Shown: in pieces, positions 53,353-64,000 of the stretch
Numbering within the stretch: the first letter of the stretch is position 1
How the letters are laid out: each line of letters opens with the position of its first letter
From: Selaginella moellendorffii
Taxonomy: Eukaryota; Plantae; Lycopodiophyta
Length of the DNA: 64,000 nt
Assembly: GCF_000143415.4 (NCBI RefSeq)
Contig: NW_003314403.1
Span: 128,316 to 192,315, forward strand
Reading direction: 5' to 3'
Translations under genes and position numbers: made by a program
Notes under the pieces: generated by a model
Told to the model about the DNA's origin: nothing
Database searches by the model: none
What the model saw: only the letters and a program-made list of their open reading frames with translations

Positions 53353-54747
53353 ATGAATGAAGGATGTGTTTGCGTCATTTTCCTGGTACTCGTATGCGTC
53401 ACAACTTCATCAGCAAAGCAGGGTGGTAGCAGCAGCGCGTCGCTAGAGTCTGTGAAGTCGATCGTCGTCAAAGCAAGAGGAGGAAAAGGAGGAGAAGGAT
53501 GTTTGGATTGTTCCGATTACAGCAGGCTAGTGGAAGCGGAACTGAGTGTAGAAGATGGCCAAGATCAGTCCAACAGGAACAGGAAGCGAGACATACGTCT
53601 GGCAATCATCCTTGGTAGTTTCTCGGCCTTCATCGCTCTGCTCATCTGTGGACCACTTTGCTGCATTTGCTATGGTGCCAAGCGGATCAGAGACATGCGC
53701 TCCAAGGCAGCTGCCACGCACAGTCTCATGTTTGCCGAGCAGTGGCGTGCCTACAACTTGTTCATGCCTTTCAACGAGGAAGAGGAGCTCGGACAGCACG
53801 CGCTCTCGTGGTCGGCTTGGCAGTTCGTGTACAGGGGCATTCCAGACGAGCTCAACGGCTTAAGCACAGCGATCTTTCAGTCGATTCCACCGGTTTCGGG
53901 TTGTTTGAGGAGCACCACCGGCCAGCCTTTGCAGCAAATTCGGTTGAATCCGGGATGTGCTCGTCTCCGACGTTGTCAGTCTCTCCAGTGTCTCCTTCCA
54001 CTGTCTCCGAGTGCTCATCCGCCAAACTGTCTTCCCAACGTCAACTATTTCGAGATGACAATCCTTAGCTTCTCTCGCAATGGAAAAAACGGAAGGAGCT
54101 CGGGCTCTATCAGCGGACGTGTTGGTATCGGCCTGGCAGCGAGACCAGCACCTCCGTTCCGTCTCCCAGGCCTCGACTTGGTCTCTCTCGGCTACCACTC
54201 CAATGGCAGCGTCTACATCAACGATCCTCACGACGGTGTTGCGACGAGCAGGAGGTGGAACTACGTCGGGGTCACGGTTGGCTGCGGCTACGACTTGGAC
54301 AGATCTCTCGTCTACTTCACACACAATGGTGGCCAGCAGATGACGACCGACTTTACGTTTCGTGCCGATGGCCCGATGCCTTCGACGACACCACACTTGT
54401 TTCCCGTGGTTGGAGCCGACTGTGACATCACGGTGGTGGTGAACTTGGGCCAGACCGAGTTCATGTTTGCGCCGGCAAACGCTGGCCGGTGTGTGGCATT
54501 TGAAGACGGTGGAAGTTTGGGTCAGGAGGATGCGAGGGAAGGCAGAGAAGTAGCAGCACAGGCGGAGGTGGATGTGCACGGCCAGCGTTTGATCGTCCAG
54601 CAGGAATGTGAGCAGCAGCAGCAGCAGCAGGATGGTGATGGAAGGCAAAGTTTTGGCGATGGCGGGAATGATAGTAGCAGTGTTCCAGAGTCTGAGGTAT
54701 ACTTTTCAGCTTTGGAGGAAGCTCCTGGCAGTTTTCTTCAAGCTTGA
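53353..54747 (+). CDS. Single-pass membrane SPRY-domain protein (Ssh4/Ear1-like)
   Basis: Signal peptide, TM helix, YFEMTI, IGLAARPAPPFRLPG, SLGYHSNG, TVGCGY, VYFTHNG, VNLGQ. Confidence 0.85.
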   Translation: MNEGCVCVIFLVLVCVTTSSAKQGGSSSASLESVKSIVVKARGGKGGEGCLDCSDYSRLVEAELSVEDGQDQSNRNRKRDIRLAIILGSFSAFIALLICGPLCCICYGAKRIRDMRSKAAATHSLMFAEQWRAYNLFMPFNEEEELGQHALSWSAWQFVYRGIPDELNGLSTAIFQSIPPVSGCLRSTTGQPLQQIRLNPGCARLRRCQSLQCLLPLSPSAHPPNCLPNVNYFEMTILSFSRNGKNGRSSGSISGRVGIGLAARPAPPFRLPGLDLVSLGYHSNGSVYINDPHDGVATSRRWNYVGVTVGCGYDLDRSLVYFTHNGGQQMTTDFTFRADGPMPSTTPHLFPVVGADCDITVVVNLGQTEFMFAPANAGRCVAFEDGGSLGQEDAREGREVAAQAEVDVHGQRLIVQQECEQQQQQQDGDGRQSFGDGGNDSSSVPESEVYFSALEEAPGSFLQA

Positions 54748-55068
54748 TCCTCTTTTGTTTCTCTCCTTTGTTTTATTCGGTATAGGAGGCACCACTGAAC
54801 AGACAAGTGTTACGGAGGATCTAAGTAGTTTTACTTCACGACTCACGAGATTGAGCGAGTCAATCCACAATGGATGAATGAGGAAAAAAAAAAGACGAAC
54901 TTTTCTACTAAAAGAAGAAGATGATTTACATGTTGGCTAGAAGGAAATTGTCAACGAATGTGGGCGTGGGATGCACGACCGCTGGATCACGCTCCTTGTT
55001 TAGTTTTCTTCGCTATGAGCTATAGCCTATGACTTTGTGTGAGAAATGGAAGCGCTACCTCTATCAGA

Positions 55069-55388
55069 TTAGCTGGTTTTGCTTTGCTTGGCCACTAGAT
55101 TTTGCCACAAGTAGCGACCGCTGGCCATGTCTACAAACGTCCAGAAGAACAAACTCGTCTTGGAGCAAACCTGAGAAGAAGAAAAGAGAGATTTTTCGCA
55201 TTGCGGTAACAGTGGGAAGATTTGCATACCTTGTCGAGCAGCGACGAGGATTCCTGTTGCTTGGCGCTGTCTTCCTCTTCGATTTGCTCCTCGTCGTCGC
55301 CGGCGCTAGCGCCCCACAAATTCTTCCACGCGAAATACCCTGCCAGTGTGGCGGAGAGGAAGACGAGGATAAATCGCAGCGGACACAT
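55069..55388 (-). CDS. Conserved small plant membrane protein of unknown function (MCPLR...DMASGRYLW family), 2 exons
   Basis: MCPLRFILVFLSATLAGYFAW...FWTFVDMASGRYLW. Confidence 0.85.
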
Positions 55389-57058
55389 AGCTGCTGGCTG
55401 GCGATGGATCGATCCGGCGCTCGCAATGTGCGTAGAGATCTCAGCTGCCGGATCGAGAGAAGGAAAGTAGCTCCGCAACCAGAAAAGAGAAGAAGATCGA
55501 AGAAAGCGTGCCCTATTTATCCATCTAATCAGCAGCAAAGTGAAGTGGAAGCAGTCAATTAGGGCAGGACGCGTGGAGCGCACACGGCTTGGTTGTTTGA
55601 CTAGTTGGATTTTAGGTGGGAAAGAAAGAACAGTCTCCCTATCCTATAGCCTTTGTGTGAATCAAATGAAAGAGTGATAATTTTAGTGTAAAGAGTTGAG
55701 TAATAATTAGTTAAATAAATAAATTATTATTTTTTATTATTATTAATGTTTAAGCAAGAACTTTCTCTTGCCAGGCAATTTTTTTTCTTTCATGTGCTCT
55801 GACACTATTGAATTGTCTGATTGTGTTACCAAAAAGGGGGAGGATCATCACCAGCAACATTGTTGTTATTGACAGCTAACTTTTTTGATTGTTGTGTATC
55901 CTCTCAATGTGTCCATTCCAATCGCAGCATCTACCTATCTGATGTGAGTGAAAGCAATGTCTGTGGCGATCTCTGTCTAGAAGCCCACTCAAGCTAGACT
56001 TATAGAAAATAGATAGTTGCCATTTAGCCACAGCAGTGGGATCTTTATCTCCAAGCTGTGAAGCCCACCCAGGCCAAATGAAACATGACAACAGTGTTGG
56101 AGGAGAAACATTAGCTCGCTCCGTCACACAAGGAACAATAGCAACAGTCCAAGCACCATCAAACAAGGCCGAGGTTTGAAGAGATAGACGAGATCGATCG
56201 ATCGATCCTGGGCAGGCCAGGAAATCTGCAACAAAGAAACAAAAATCACCAATGCCTATATTGATTGACCACTTCCACCACCACCACCACCACCAAAATG
56301 TACGTGCATGGAACTCGGGGTCTTGCGATCTGGGTAGGGAGAAAAGCTGGCCGACCAATACTTAGGGGGATCGTGTACATAGTTTTTTTTTGACTTTGAA
56401 GAGGTATATTTTTGCTTTGTTTCGTTGTGATGGGGGCCCTCACAGGCTCTCTAGCAAAAGGTGGTGATTTTTTCACGCTTTTCCCCATTTGTATCGATTG
56501 CAAACCACAAGAAAATGCCCGAATGTGATGTGCAAACCAAGCAAGGCCAAGGAAATATAAATTTCCAGGAAAGCTTTTTCTATATAGTCCAACTATCCAA
56601 GACCATTTCCAAGGTGGTGGGCGATGAGATAAAACAGGCCATCGACGGTCAGGAACACGAGTGAATTTGGAGCATCCAATCACGACCGTTTGCGTGAAAC
56701 ACACATGGCTCTATTGGGTTGGATGGGCCAGGGGTGGCCCATATTGTCCTGTCTACGTAATCGTCCGTACATGCTACATAGAAACAAGAGATCGCAGCGC
56801 GAAACTAAAAAAATTCCAAACATCACTTTCTCTCATCCGTTTGTGATCGGTCCCAAGATGCGCGGTATATGCGATTAGGGCCGCGTGGTAGCCACGCGGC
56901 GGGCATCTGTCCACGTGTGCAGCTCCGCCCAACCAGACGGCGCCACGGCGGACATCCCGGTAAGAAATTTACCGCTCAGATTTGGGCATTCTCCCAATGG
57001 CTGTGTAAACCTCTGTCTCGAGCCCATTATTTTTGTTTGCGCTCGTTGTGTGGTGGCG

Positions 57059-60000
57059 ATGGAGGAAGCTCCAGCTATGGCGATCAGGCGATCGGACAAG
57101 GCGGCGCCGCTGCCTCCGCAGTCCGGATCGTCCAGGCGGCGGCACGCTTCCGGCGGCGCTGCTTGGCCTGCATTCCCGGGAGAAGGAGGATTAGGGATAG
57201 GTTGCGGCAAGCGCAGCCCTGCGCCATCGCCAGCAGCGGCGGCGGCGGGTGGTAATATCGCCGATGGCTCGTCTTGTCGAAGTCCCTTCTCGTCGTCGTC
57301 CCGAGTAGCATCTTTTGGATCGGGAGCTGCCATGGCTGGAGCTGGAATCAGGAGGAACAGCAGCGATTTGGCAGGGGATAGGGTTAGCAGTGGATGCGGC
57401 GGCATCAAACCTCCAGGAATTGGGAAGAAGAATATCTCTTCCTCTTCTTCCTCTTGCTGCGATTCGTGCCGTCCTTGTTCTTCTTCCTCGCATCAACACG
57501 GCATCAAAGGTAGCGGCAGGATAGAATACAGCGATGTCTTTGGAGGGCCGCCAAAGTACCTCGCATCGGCTCCCACTGGCAGGAATGCGGCCATTCCAGA
57601 CTATGACGACATCTTCCAGGGAGGATCCAAACGAAGCAGTAGCAGCAGCAGCAGCACGTCCTTCTCTTTCCAGCAGCAATCCTCCAAGACGAAATCCCGC
57701 ACCACGGAATTGCCAGTCTTCGATCTGCCCGTTCCGGAGCGCGACACTGGCGAGGTGTTTAAAGGCTCGAGCGAGGAGCTGCCCAAGATCCCTGTAGCAG
57801 CTGCTTCTCCTCCTCCTGCGGAAGAGATCGTTTACGACGACGTGTTTGGGGGTCCTCTCACAGGTCCAAGGACGAAACTCTTGAAGGATTTGCTGCGGTG
57901 CTCTGGATTCGCGGAAGCCAAGAGAAAGCCGGGGGTTAAAACCAAGCTTTCCTCTCAATCCGACTCCAGCCCGGTCTCGTCCATCCACTCGATGTGCCGC
58001 GAGCCCCACGGGAACCCAATCTTCGAGTATGAATCAGAGTACGTGCTGTTAGTTTAGCTCTAGTTGTAGGCCAAGTTGGAAGCTTGTGTTTGTCACTCAC
58101 TTTTTCTGGTTGAATGCTGCATGATTGGACGTGGAGCATCTCGTGTTTGTTATTTGTTTTTTCGCTTCTATCTAGCTTTCCGGCATGTTGTGGCTGATTC
58201 GCTCTTGGTTTTGTGCAGGGTGTATGGAGATGCCAAACACTTTAACAGTCCACACAAAAGCTCGCTGGGGTCCGTTGATAAGTCCCCTCAGCAGACATTT
58301 GTGGAGTTGGAATCCAATCGTAAGCAGCCTGCCGTAACCAGTGTCTCGGCCACGTCCTCTCCTTTCACGGAGCAATTTGACGACTCAACAGTGCACTCGT
58401 ACAGCACGAGGGCCTCCAAAGGTGCGAAAGATCCGGTCGGTGTGGCCAGCTACGAGAAAGTGTACAAGAATGTTTCGAAAGTGCCCGCTGCCGGGGATGC
58501 TGTGCCCAAGATGAAAACTTTCGGACGTGAAGTTGACTTGGAAGTTGCCAGCTCCAGTAGCAGCGAGTCTTCCGAGCAGGAGTACCTCAGAAAGGCTTCC
58601 ACTGCGACGAGGCACACGTATAAAACTAATCGAAAACACCGCAGCAGCAAGACATCATCGCACAGGAGATCTTCTAGAACGCGGCGAGAGGCCAGCCATG
58701 TTCCAGGACAGACGTCAGCTTCGAATGGTCAGAAGAGTTTTGGAAGCGCGCAAGCAACGAGCAGTCCTTTCTGTGATTCTTCCGCGGCCGAGCAAGACTT
58801 CGATTATGAGGTTGAGCTGTCAACGGACCCTTCGATCAAGTGCTTTCCGAGGAAAGCAGCCGACAGCTTCACTTATGATGACGGATTCAGCAAAAAAGAG
58901 AAACAGGTAAATTTCGTTACAGTCAATCACGTACAGTTGACGACAGAGCCGACTGTTCTACCACCCGCGAGACCCGCGCCATCTAAGAACGTCGACTTCC
59001 TCAGCGAGAAGGATATGTCTGACTTCTTGGAAACCGATGCGTTTATGGAGTATTCTATCAAGGACCTGGATGGGCTGGTCGCTGAGGAGTATGTGGTTTC
59101 TCAGGGATCGGTATCTGAGTCAAGCCCGTCCGTTTCAAACTCGATCAAGACATCTCCGTCGGGTAGGTCTTACGAAGATGAAGACTCCGATCATTGCTAC
59201 GCCAAAGATGCTGTTAGTCCGGATCCGGACCCCGAGCCCAAACCGGAGAGAGGGGGATGTGCAGCGGAGCAAAAAGCTGAAGTTCAGAAAATACCGAAAG
59301 ATAGTGGCGACCATGAACAGGTGGCTGTGGAACAGTCATCTGGTGAAAGTGAGGAGAAGAAACTGGGAACTGGCGCTTTAAATGTGGGAAGCAGCAAGTC
59401 GAGCCTGGAGGTATCATCTTTTTGTTTCGTATGTCTCGTATATCTTGTTTCTTATTTGTGACTGGACCAGGAAACATCAAGCTCCTCATTGAGTGCCGAA
59501 GAACAACCAAAGTGTGTATTATCGGACGACTTGTCATCTCTTTGTGGTAACTCGTTTTGTTGTCCTCGCCTCATTCGTGGTACTAATTCCCGGCGTAGGG
59601 ACAGAGTTTGAGGTGATTGACGGAGAACATCCCGAACGCAGGAAGTCTAGATTGGAACGTCATCAGCGGGCTGTAGAAAGAGTGGTAAGGATGGTGTTGA
59701 CAAGATACTTTCTTCAATGTTCTTTCTTCAAGTGCAGGCCAAGGCATTGGCTGAGAAAAACAACAGAGATCTGGAGCTTGAGAGGGTTCAAGAAGAGAAA
59801 CAGGTACTTCTGTTGTCTTGCATTCACTTGTTGGTTGCTTATTTCACGTTTGTTGCAGAGAGTTGCAGAGCTTCTGGACGACGTCATTAAAAGATGGGCC
59901 GCTGGCAAACAAGGCAACCTCAGGGCACTTCTTTCAACCCTCCAATACGTAAGCGCTTTGTTGTCCGAATGCAAAACTCTGTAGCGTTTTGGCATGCTGC

Positions 60001-60271
60001 AGATTTTGTGGCCCGAGTGTGGATGGCAAGCAATATCATTGATCGACATTATAGAACCGACGTCTGTAAGGAAGGCGTACAAGAAGGCTACCTTGTATGT
60101 CCACCCGGACAAGCTTCAGCAAAAGAATGCCTCGACGGAGCACAAGTACATCGCAGAGAAAGTATTCGATCTCTTACAGGTTCGGTTTGAAGATTTGCCC
60201 GGCTCACTCACGAATGCTATTATGTTTCTCAGGAGGCTTGGACAACTTTCAATCTGGAACAGGCGTTCTAG
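57059..60271 (+). CDS. Auxilin-like J-domain protein
   Basis: [19 protein letters not shown] motifs; C-terminal [49 protein letters not shown]. Confidence 0.92.
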
Positions 60272-60968
60272 CTCGCTCGCGTGTGATCCTTCCTGATTTA
60301 GAGCCCGAGGAGCCGGGGTCATGGTTCTTATAACATGTTAGAATGTTTTTTTGGGGAGAATTGTAAGATATGGAGGTGCCAAAACATCAAACGAGACGAT
60401 AGTGGCACCGGTAAAGCGTGTACAATGCATATGAGCAATAAAAAGAGTATCCAGTGAAACATCAATCCAGGACGTCCGGTCCAGCCCTAGTAGTTAAAGA
60501 AACATAAAGGGACCTTTTGTTCCTTTTGCTCGAGGTGTTTCCAGTTGCTTATTTATTTTAACCCATGAAATATTATGTTGGTGTTTAAGAAAGTTTATAT
60601 ATAGAACAAGAGCTCACACGGAGTTGTATCAGCCAGCCTTGAAACGAAGATTCTGGTTGGAAAGCTCTTCTACAACAGAAACACTATAGCGATGTTCCAG
60701 TATCCACAAATTCACAGACGTCGCAGCGTCAAGGAAGGCTGTACAATCCGCCTCCAACTCCTCCTGCCGAGCTTTTGCGTGAGCCTAGACGGCCGGGAGC
60801 GCACTCTATCACCGTATAGAGGATCCTTGCAATGACAGAGATGGCAAAGACATCTAGCGAGCGCGCGCAAGAACTTAGACCTTGATCGTGGTTTCTTTTC
60901 ACACAGAATGAAGGCATTGAAAGTTCTTTTCATTTTAGCAGCACTTTTATTCTTTGTTCCTGGCTGAC

Positions 60969-61514
60969 TTACTCGGTGTAATCCTTGTTGGACAGCAGGT
61001 AGGCCTCGACGCCTCGCATGATTTTCTCGGCGTTCCCTTTCATCCTGTCCAGGGGAGGATCCTCCACGAGGCTGTCATACGCGATGCTCCAGGTGACTTT
61101 GGTTCCGGAGTCCTCCACGGGCTTCAAGCTGATGGTGGCTGTCTGGCTGCTGAACAGGCTACCGATTGGACCGCCCTCGATCGTAGACAGAACTACCGAG
61201 TGATTGCTCTCGTCCAGCGACTCGAGCTTCTCTTTGGCGTACTCGTGAGGTATGGCTGCAACATACACGAGGAAGAAGAACTTGTTAGCGGACAGACTTC
61301 GATTTCAAAACTATCGGATCAGAGCAACTGTACCAGGCCCAAAGTGGACTAGACGAACGGAGCCAACTTTACCATCCCCTTCGACGGTTTGCACGCTCGT
61401 GAACGCGTCGGGTAAGGCCTTTGGAAACATGTTGTTACTGTCCTTGATTGCTTTCCAGACTCTCTCTAGGGGGACCTTGATCTGCAGCTCCGTTGCAACT
61501 GATCCAGCCACCAT
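60969..61514 (-). CDS. Bet v1/MLP (PR-10-like, MLP423-type) protein, 2 exons
   Basis: FPKALPDAF, EGDGKVGSVR, YAKEKLE, IEGGP. Confidence 0.92.
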
Positions 61515-61783
61515 TGTTATCGATCAGATCAGAGAGAAAAGGAAAGTAAAGCAGCAGGAGCTAGATCAAAGGAAGTAAGTTCTAAGTACTTTTCTCTGCT
61601 TGGGCATGCATATATAGCTCACATTTCGTTGGAAAACGAGAGGTTTCTTGTCTCGAGAGGGGGGCTCCTTCATTGCTAGACTATAGTAAGAAGCATTCAT
61701 CTTAGCTTTAGCATAATTTCCATTACGTTTGTTTCATCTCATTCCAGGATAATCTTTTTATCTTTCTCTTGCTATGTGCAGCC

Positions 61784-63434
61784 ATGCCCTTGCTCCAGTT
61801 CCCACTCGTAGCCTGTGTTGCTGCACCATCTTTTAAGCTGCTAGATATGGAATTTGAGGATGCCAAAGTGAAGAATGCGGTGATTGTCGGTGGTGGACTG
61901 GGAGGTCTAGCAGCAGCTATTCAGCTAAGGAAGCGCGGAATCGATGCCCAGGTTTGCTCCTCGCTTTTAAAACTTTTTTTCCTCAAATCTTTCACAGGTT
62001 TATGAGAAAAATTCTATCATATCTGGAGGAGAAGGCACACTTATTTCATTGTTTCCCAATGGATGCCGGGCACTCTTCGAAGGAAGTCCCGAGCTGGTAA
62101 CAAAGGTCAGACATTGTTCTCGCTTTCATTCTTTCTTTCTTTCTTTTATCAAGCATGAACAAACAGATGAGACGTGAAGGTATCGCAGACTCTAAATCGA
62201 GCATTGTTCCTCCGGATGCTAGTTTTCAGCTCGGAGAATGGTCATTGAGCTCTCAAATGGAGCAAAAGTATGGTCATCCAATGATAGCAATCATGTGGAA
62301 GCATGCTTTGAGAATACTCTCGGAAGAACTTCCGGACGCTTGCAAGCACACAGGCTATCAGTGCGTTGGTGTCAGCCAGGTAGAGTCTGAATCTTCCCGT
62401 TAGTTTTCTTGATCAGCATGATCTTACAGGAAGAAGATGGCTCAGTTGCGCATTTTACCAAGGGAGAGGAGCACTACAGCGTGAAGGTCTAAAAGCATCT
62501 TCAAGGCAGCACTGAAGTTGTTTTTCTCTTCAGGCTCCGCTGATCATTGGCGCAGATGGAATTCGATCCACTGTGCGTTCTTCGCTGTTTGGTCCCATAG
62601 CTCCCCGTGACAACGGACGAACAATGTGGCGAGCTGTAATCGACTCTAGTCTTTGCCAGAACAAGGTATCCATCATCTTTCTTCGAGAATTATAATTTTT
62701 TCTTTTTTTTTGGACGTGTAATCTAAAGGTGCTCAACAGTACTGGAGCTACAACCTCGGCTGCTAATGGACGCACGGTGTTTATCGTGAACGGAGTTCAC
62801 GGAAAACTCTACTGGGCCTTGAGTGTAACAGATGAAGCTACAAACGGCGACACGGCAAGGAGATCTACAAACACGCTGGAGATGAAAGAAAGACTCCTGG
62901 AGTATTATAAAGGATGGAGCCTCGCCACTCAGATTGTTGAGGTGGGATACTTCCAACTTTCTGAAATATGTTACTAAAACTTTTGTCTTCCCTGTGTTAC
63001 TCAGGCTACAGAACCAGGTCTCATTCTGGAACGCAGAGTTGTGGACCTGCCGGTGCTTGAAAAATGGTCTAAAGGTTCCACCGTCCTGCTTGGGGGTATG
63101 TTTTCTTAAACTTGGAAGAAAAGAAGTCTGGATTCATGTTACCTTCTTTTAATTGAAACAGATGCTGTTCACGCCGTGACACCGGCACTTGGCCAGGGCG
63201 CAAACATGGCATTTGAGGACGGACTTGAGCTCGCAATGCAAGTCTCAAGTTGCTCCAATCTACAGTTAAGTTGGCAAGAACTTTTCTGTCATTATGACTC
63301 CTTTTATATCTTCTTCTAGGAGCGCTCTAGAGGCGTATCAGGCACGAAGAATTCCTCGTGCAAAGGAGATATCTGCAGCCTCACAGCGGCAACTACAGTC
63401 TCAGGAATTCTACGATTGGCTCTACAGTCAATAG
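61784..63434 (+). CDS. FAD-dependent monooxygenase (class A flavoprotein), multi-exon
   Basis: IVGGGLGGLAAA, IGADGIRSTVR, LLGDAVHAVTPALGQGANMAFEDG, ALEAYQARRIPR. Confidence 0.93.
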
Positions 63435-63519
63435 GATAGGAAAATCTTTTTAACAAAAGCATGTTCGCTATTTTTAACGAAGCTTCTGCGACTACTGCTG
63501 CTTAAATTTTGAATTTGGG

Positions 63520-63715
63520 GGGTTGGGTTGTGCCAGGCTAAGGCGGTAGTGTAAGGCCAAAGCGACACGTGGAGGGCCGGGTAGCAAGCTACCGGTGGCC
63601 CTCCTCCCACAAAAAATTAGGTTAATAGCGTTGGGGCACGTGGCCCCATATCAGCTATTAAACTGATAAGAACAGATACTACACTTGATCTTAGCCAAAA
63701 GGCCGAGAAAGGTAT
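63520..63715 (-). ncRNA. U2: U2 spliceosomal snRNA
   Basis: ATACCTTTCTCGGCCTTTTGGCTAAGATCAAGTGTAGTATCTGTTCTTATCAG 5' end, branch-recognition GTAGTA, Sm site AATTTTTTG, stem-loops III and IV. Confidence 0.96.
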
Positions 63716-63737
63716 GAATTCTAATTGCCCAGCCCTC

Positions 63738-63790
63738 TGTTTATATACTCAAGCCCCTGGCATGATTCTACGCCTTTGCATGTGGGATAG
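63738..63790 (-). promoter_or_regulatory. Plant snRNA Pol II promoter (TATA plus USE)
   Basis: TATATAAA at about -25 to -32 and ATCCCACATGC (USE consensus RTCCCACATCG) at about -63 to -73. Confidence 0.85.
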
Positions 63791-64000
63791 GGCGCGCGCC
63801 GACGTGGCTCTGGCCACGTCATGTGCCGACGTGTGTGTTTAGGGTACATATTAGGGACAGTAGCTTCCCTGCGCCTTTCGAGAATTGATCGATAACTTCT
63901 GCGAGGTCTTGAGAAGGACGAGACAATGTTCTTGGAACGACAAAAATTCTGGGGAGTTTCTTGCTTATCATTTAAACTTTTGATATGTTTGGTACAAGCA

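Noticed and set aside
56170-56200. miR390 site / TAS3-like locus
   Set aside because: Too many mismatches in the seed-pairing region and no tasiARF sequence.
57191-58009. Long antisense ORFs over GC-rich exons (also 53860-54648, 25882-26451, 32041-32541)
   Set aside because: Shadow frames of well-supported genes on the opposite strand.

Overview
This is compact eukaryotic plant DNA with 45-60 bp GT/GC-AG introns and sub-kb intergenic spaces. That organisation and a centriole gene (HYLS1-like) point to a seed-free land plant, most likely Selaginella; this is inference. Bases 1-18,300 are a repeat/pseudogene island. It holds a ~1,640-aa spliced gene (ParB-like domain, degenerate beta-class DNA methyltransferase fold, acidic tract, FCP1/NIF HAD domain) studded with about 12 copies of a 22-bp palindrome and split by a TSD-flanked solo LTR. 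It also holds further LTR copies, a chromovirus chromodomain fragment, an FKBP gene fragment and two decayed Crinkler-type (REase-kinase and NTPase-REase) genes. Bases 18,500-64,000 are gene-dense: WSD1-like, COX7a-like, RbfA, SHIP-like 5-phosphatase-C2, CXE, DHS, RING, AAA-ATPase, HYLS1-like, an apparently intact Crinkler-type NTPase-REase, ALMT, LRR-RLK, thaumatin, PCD, RabA, SPRY, a small TM protein, auxilin-like, MLP/Bet v1, FAD monooxygenase and U2 snRNA. An AT-rich decayed block lies at 46.2-49.2 kb. Exon boundaries and domain calls were read by eye from motifs, not from database searches.
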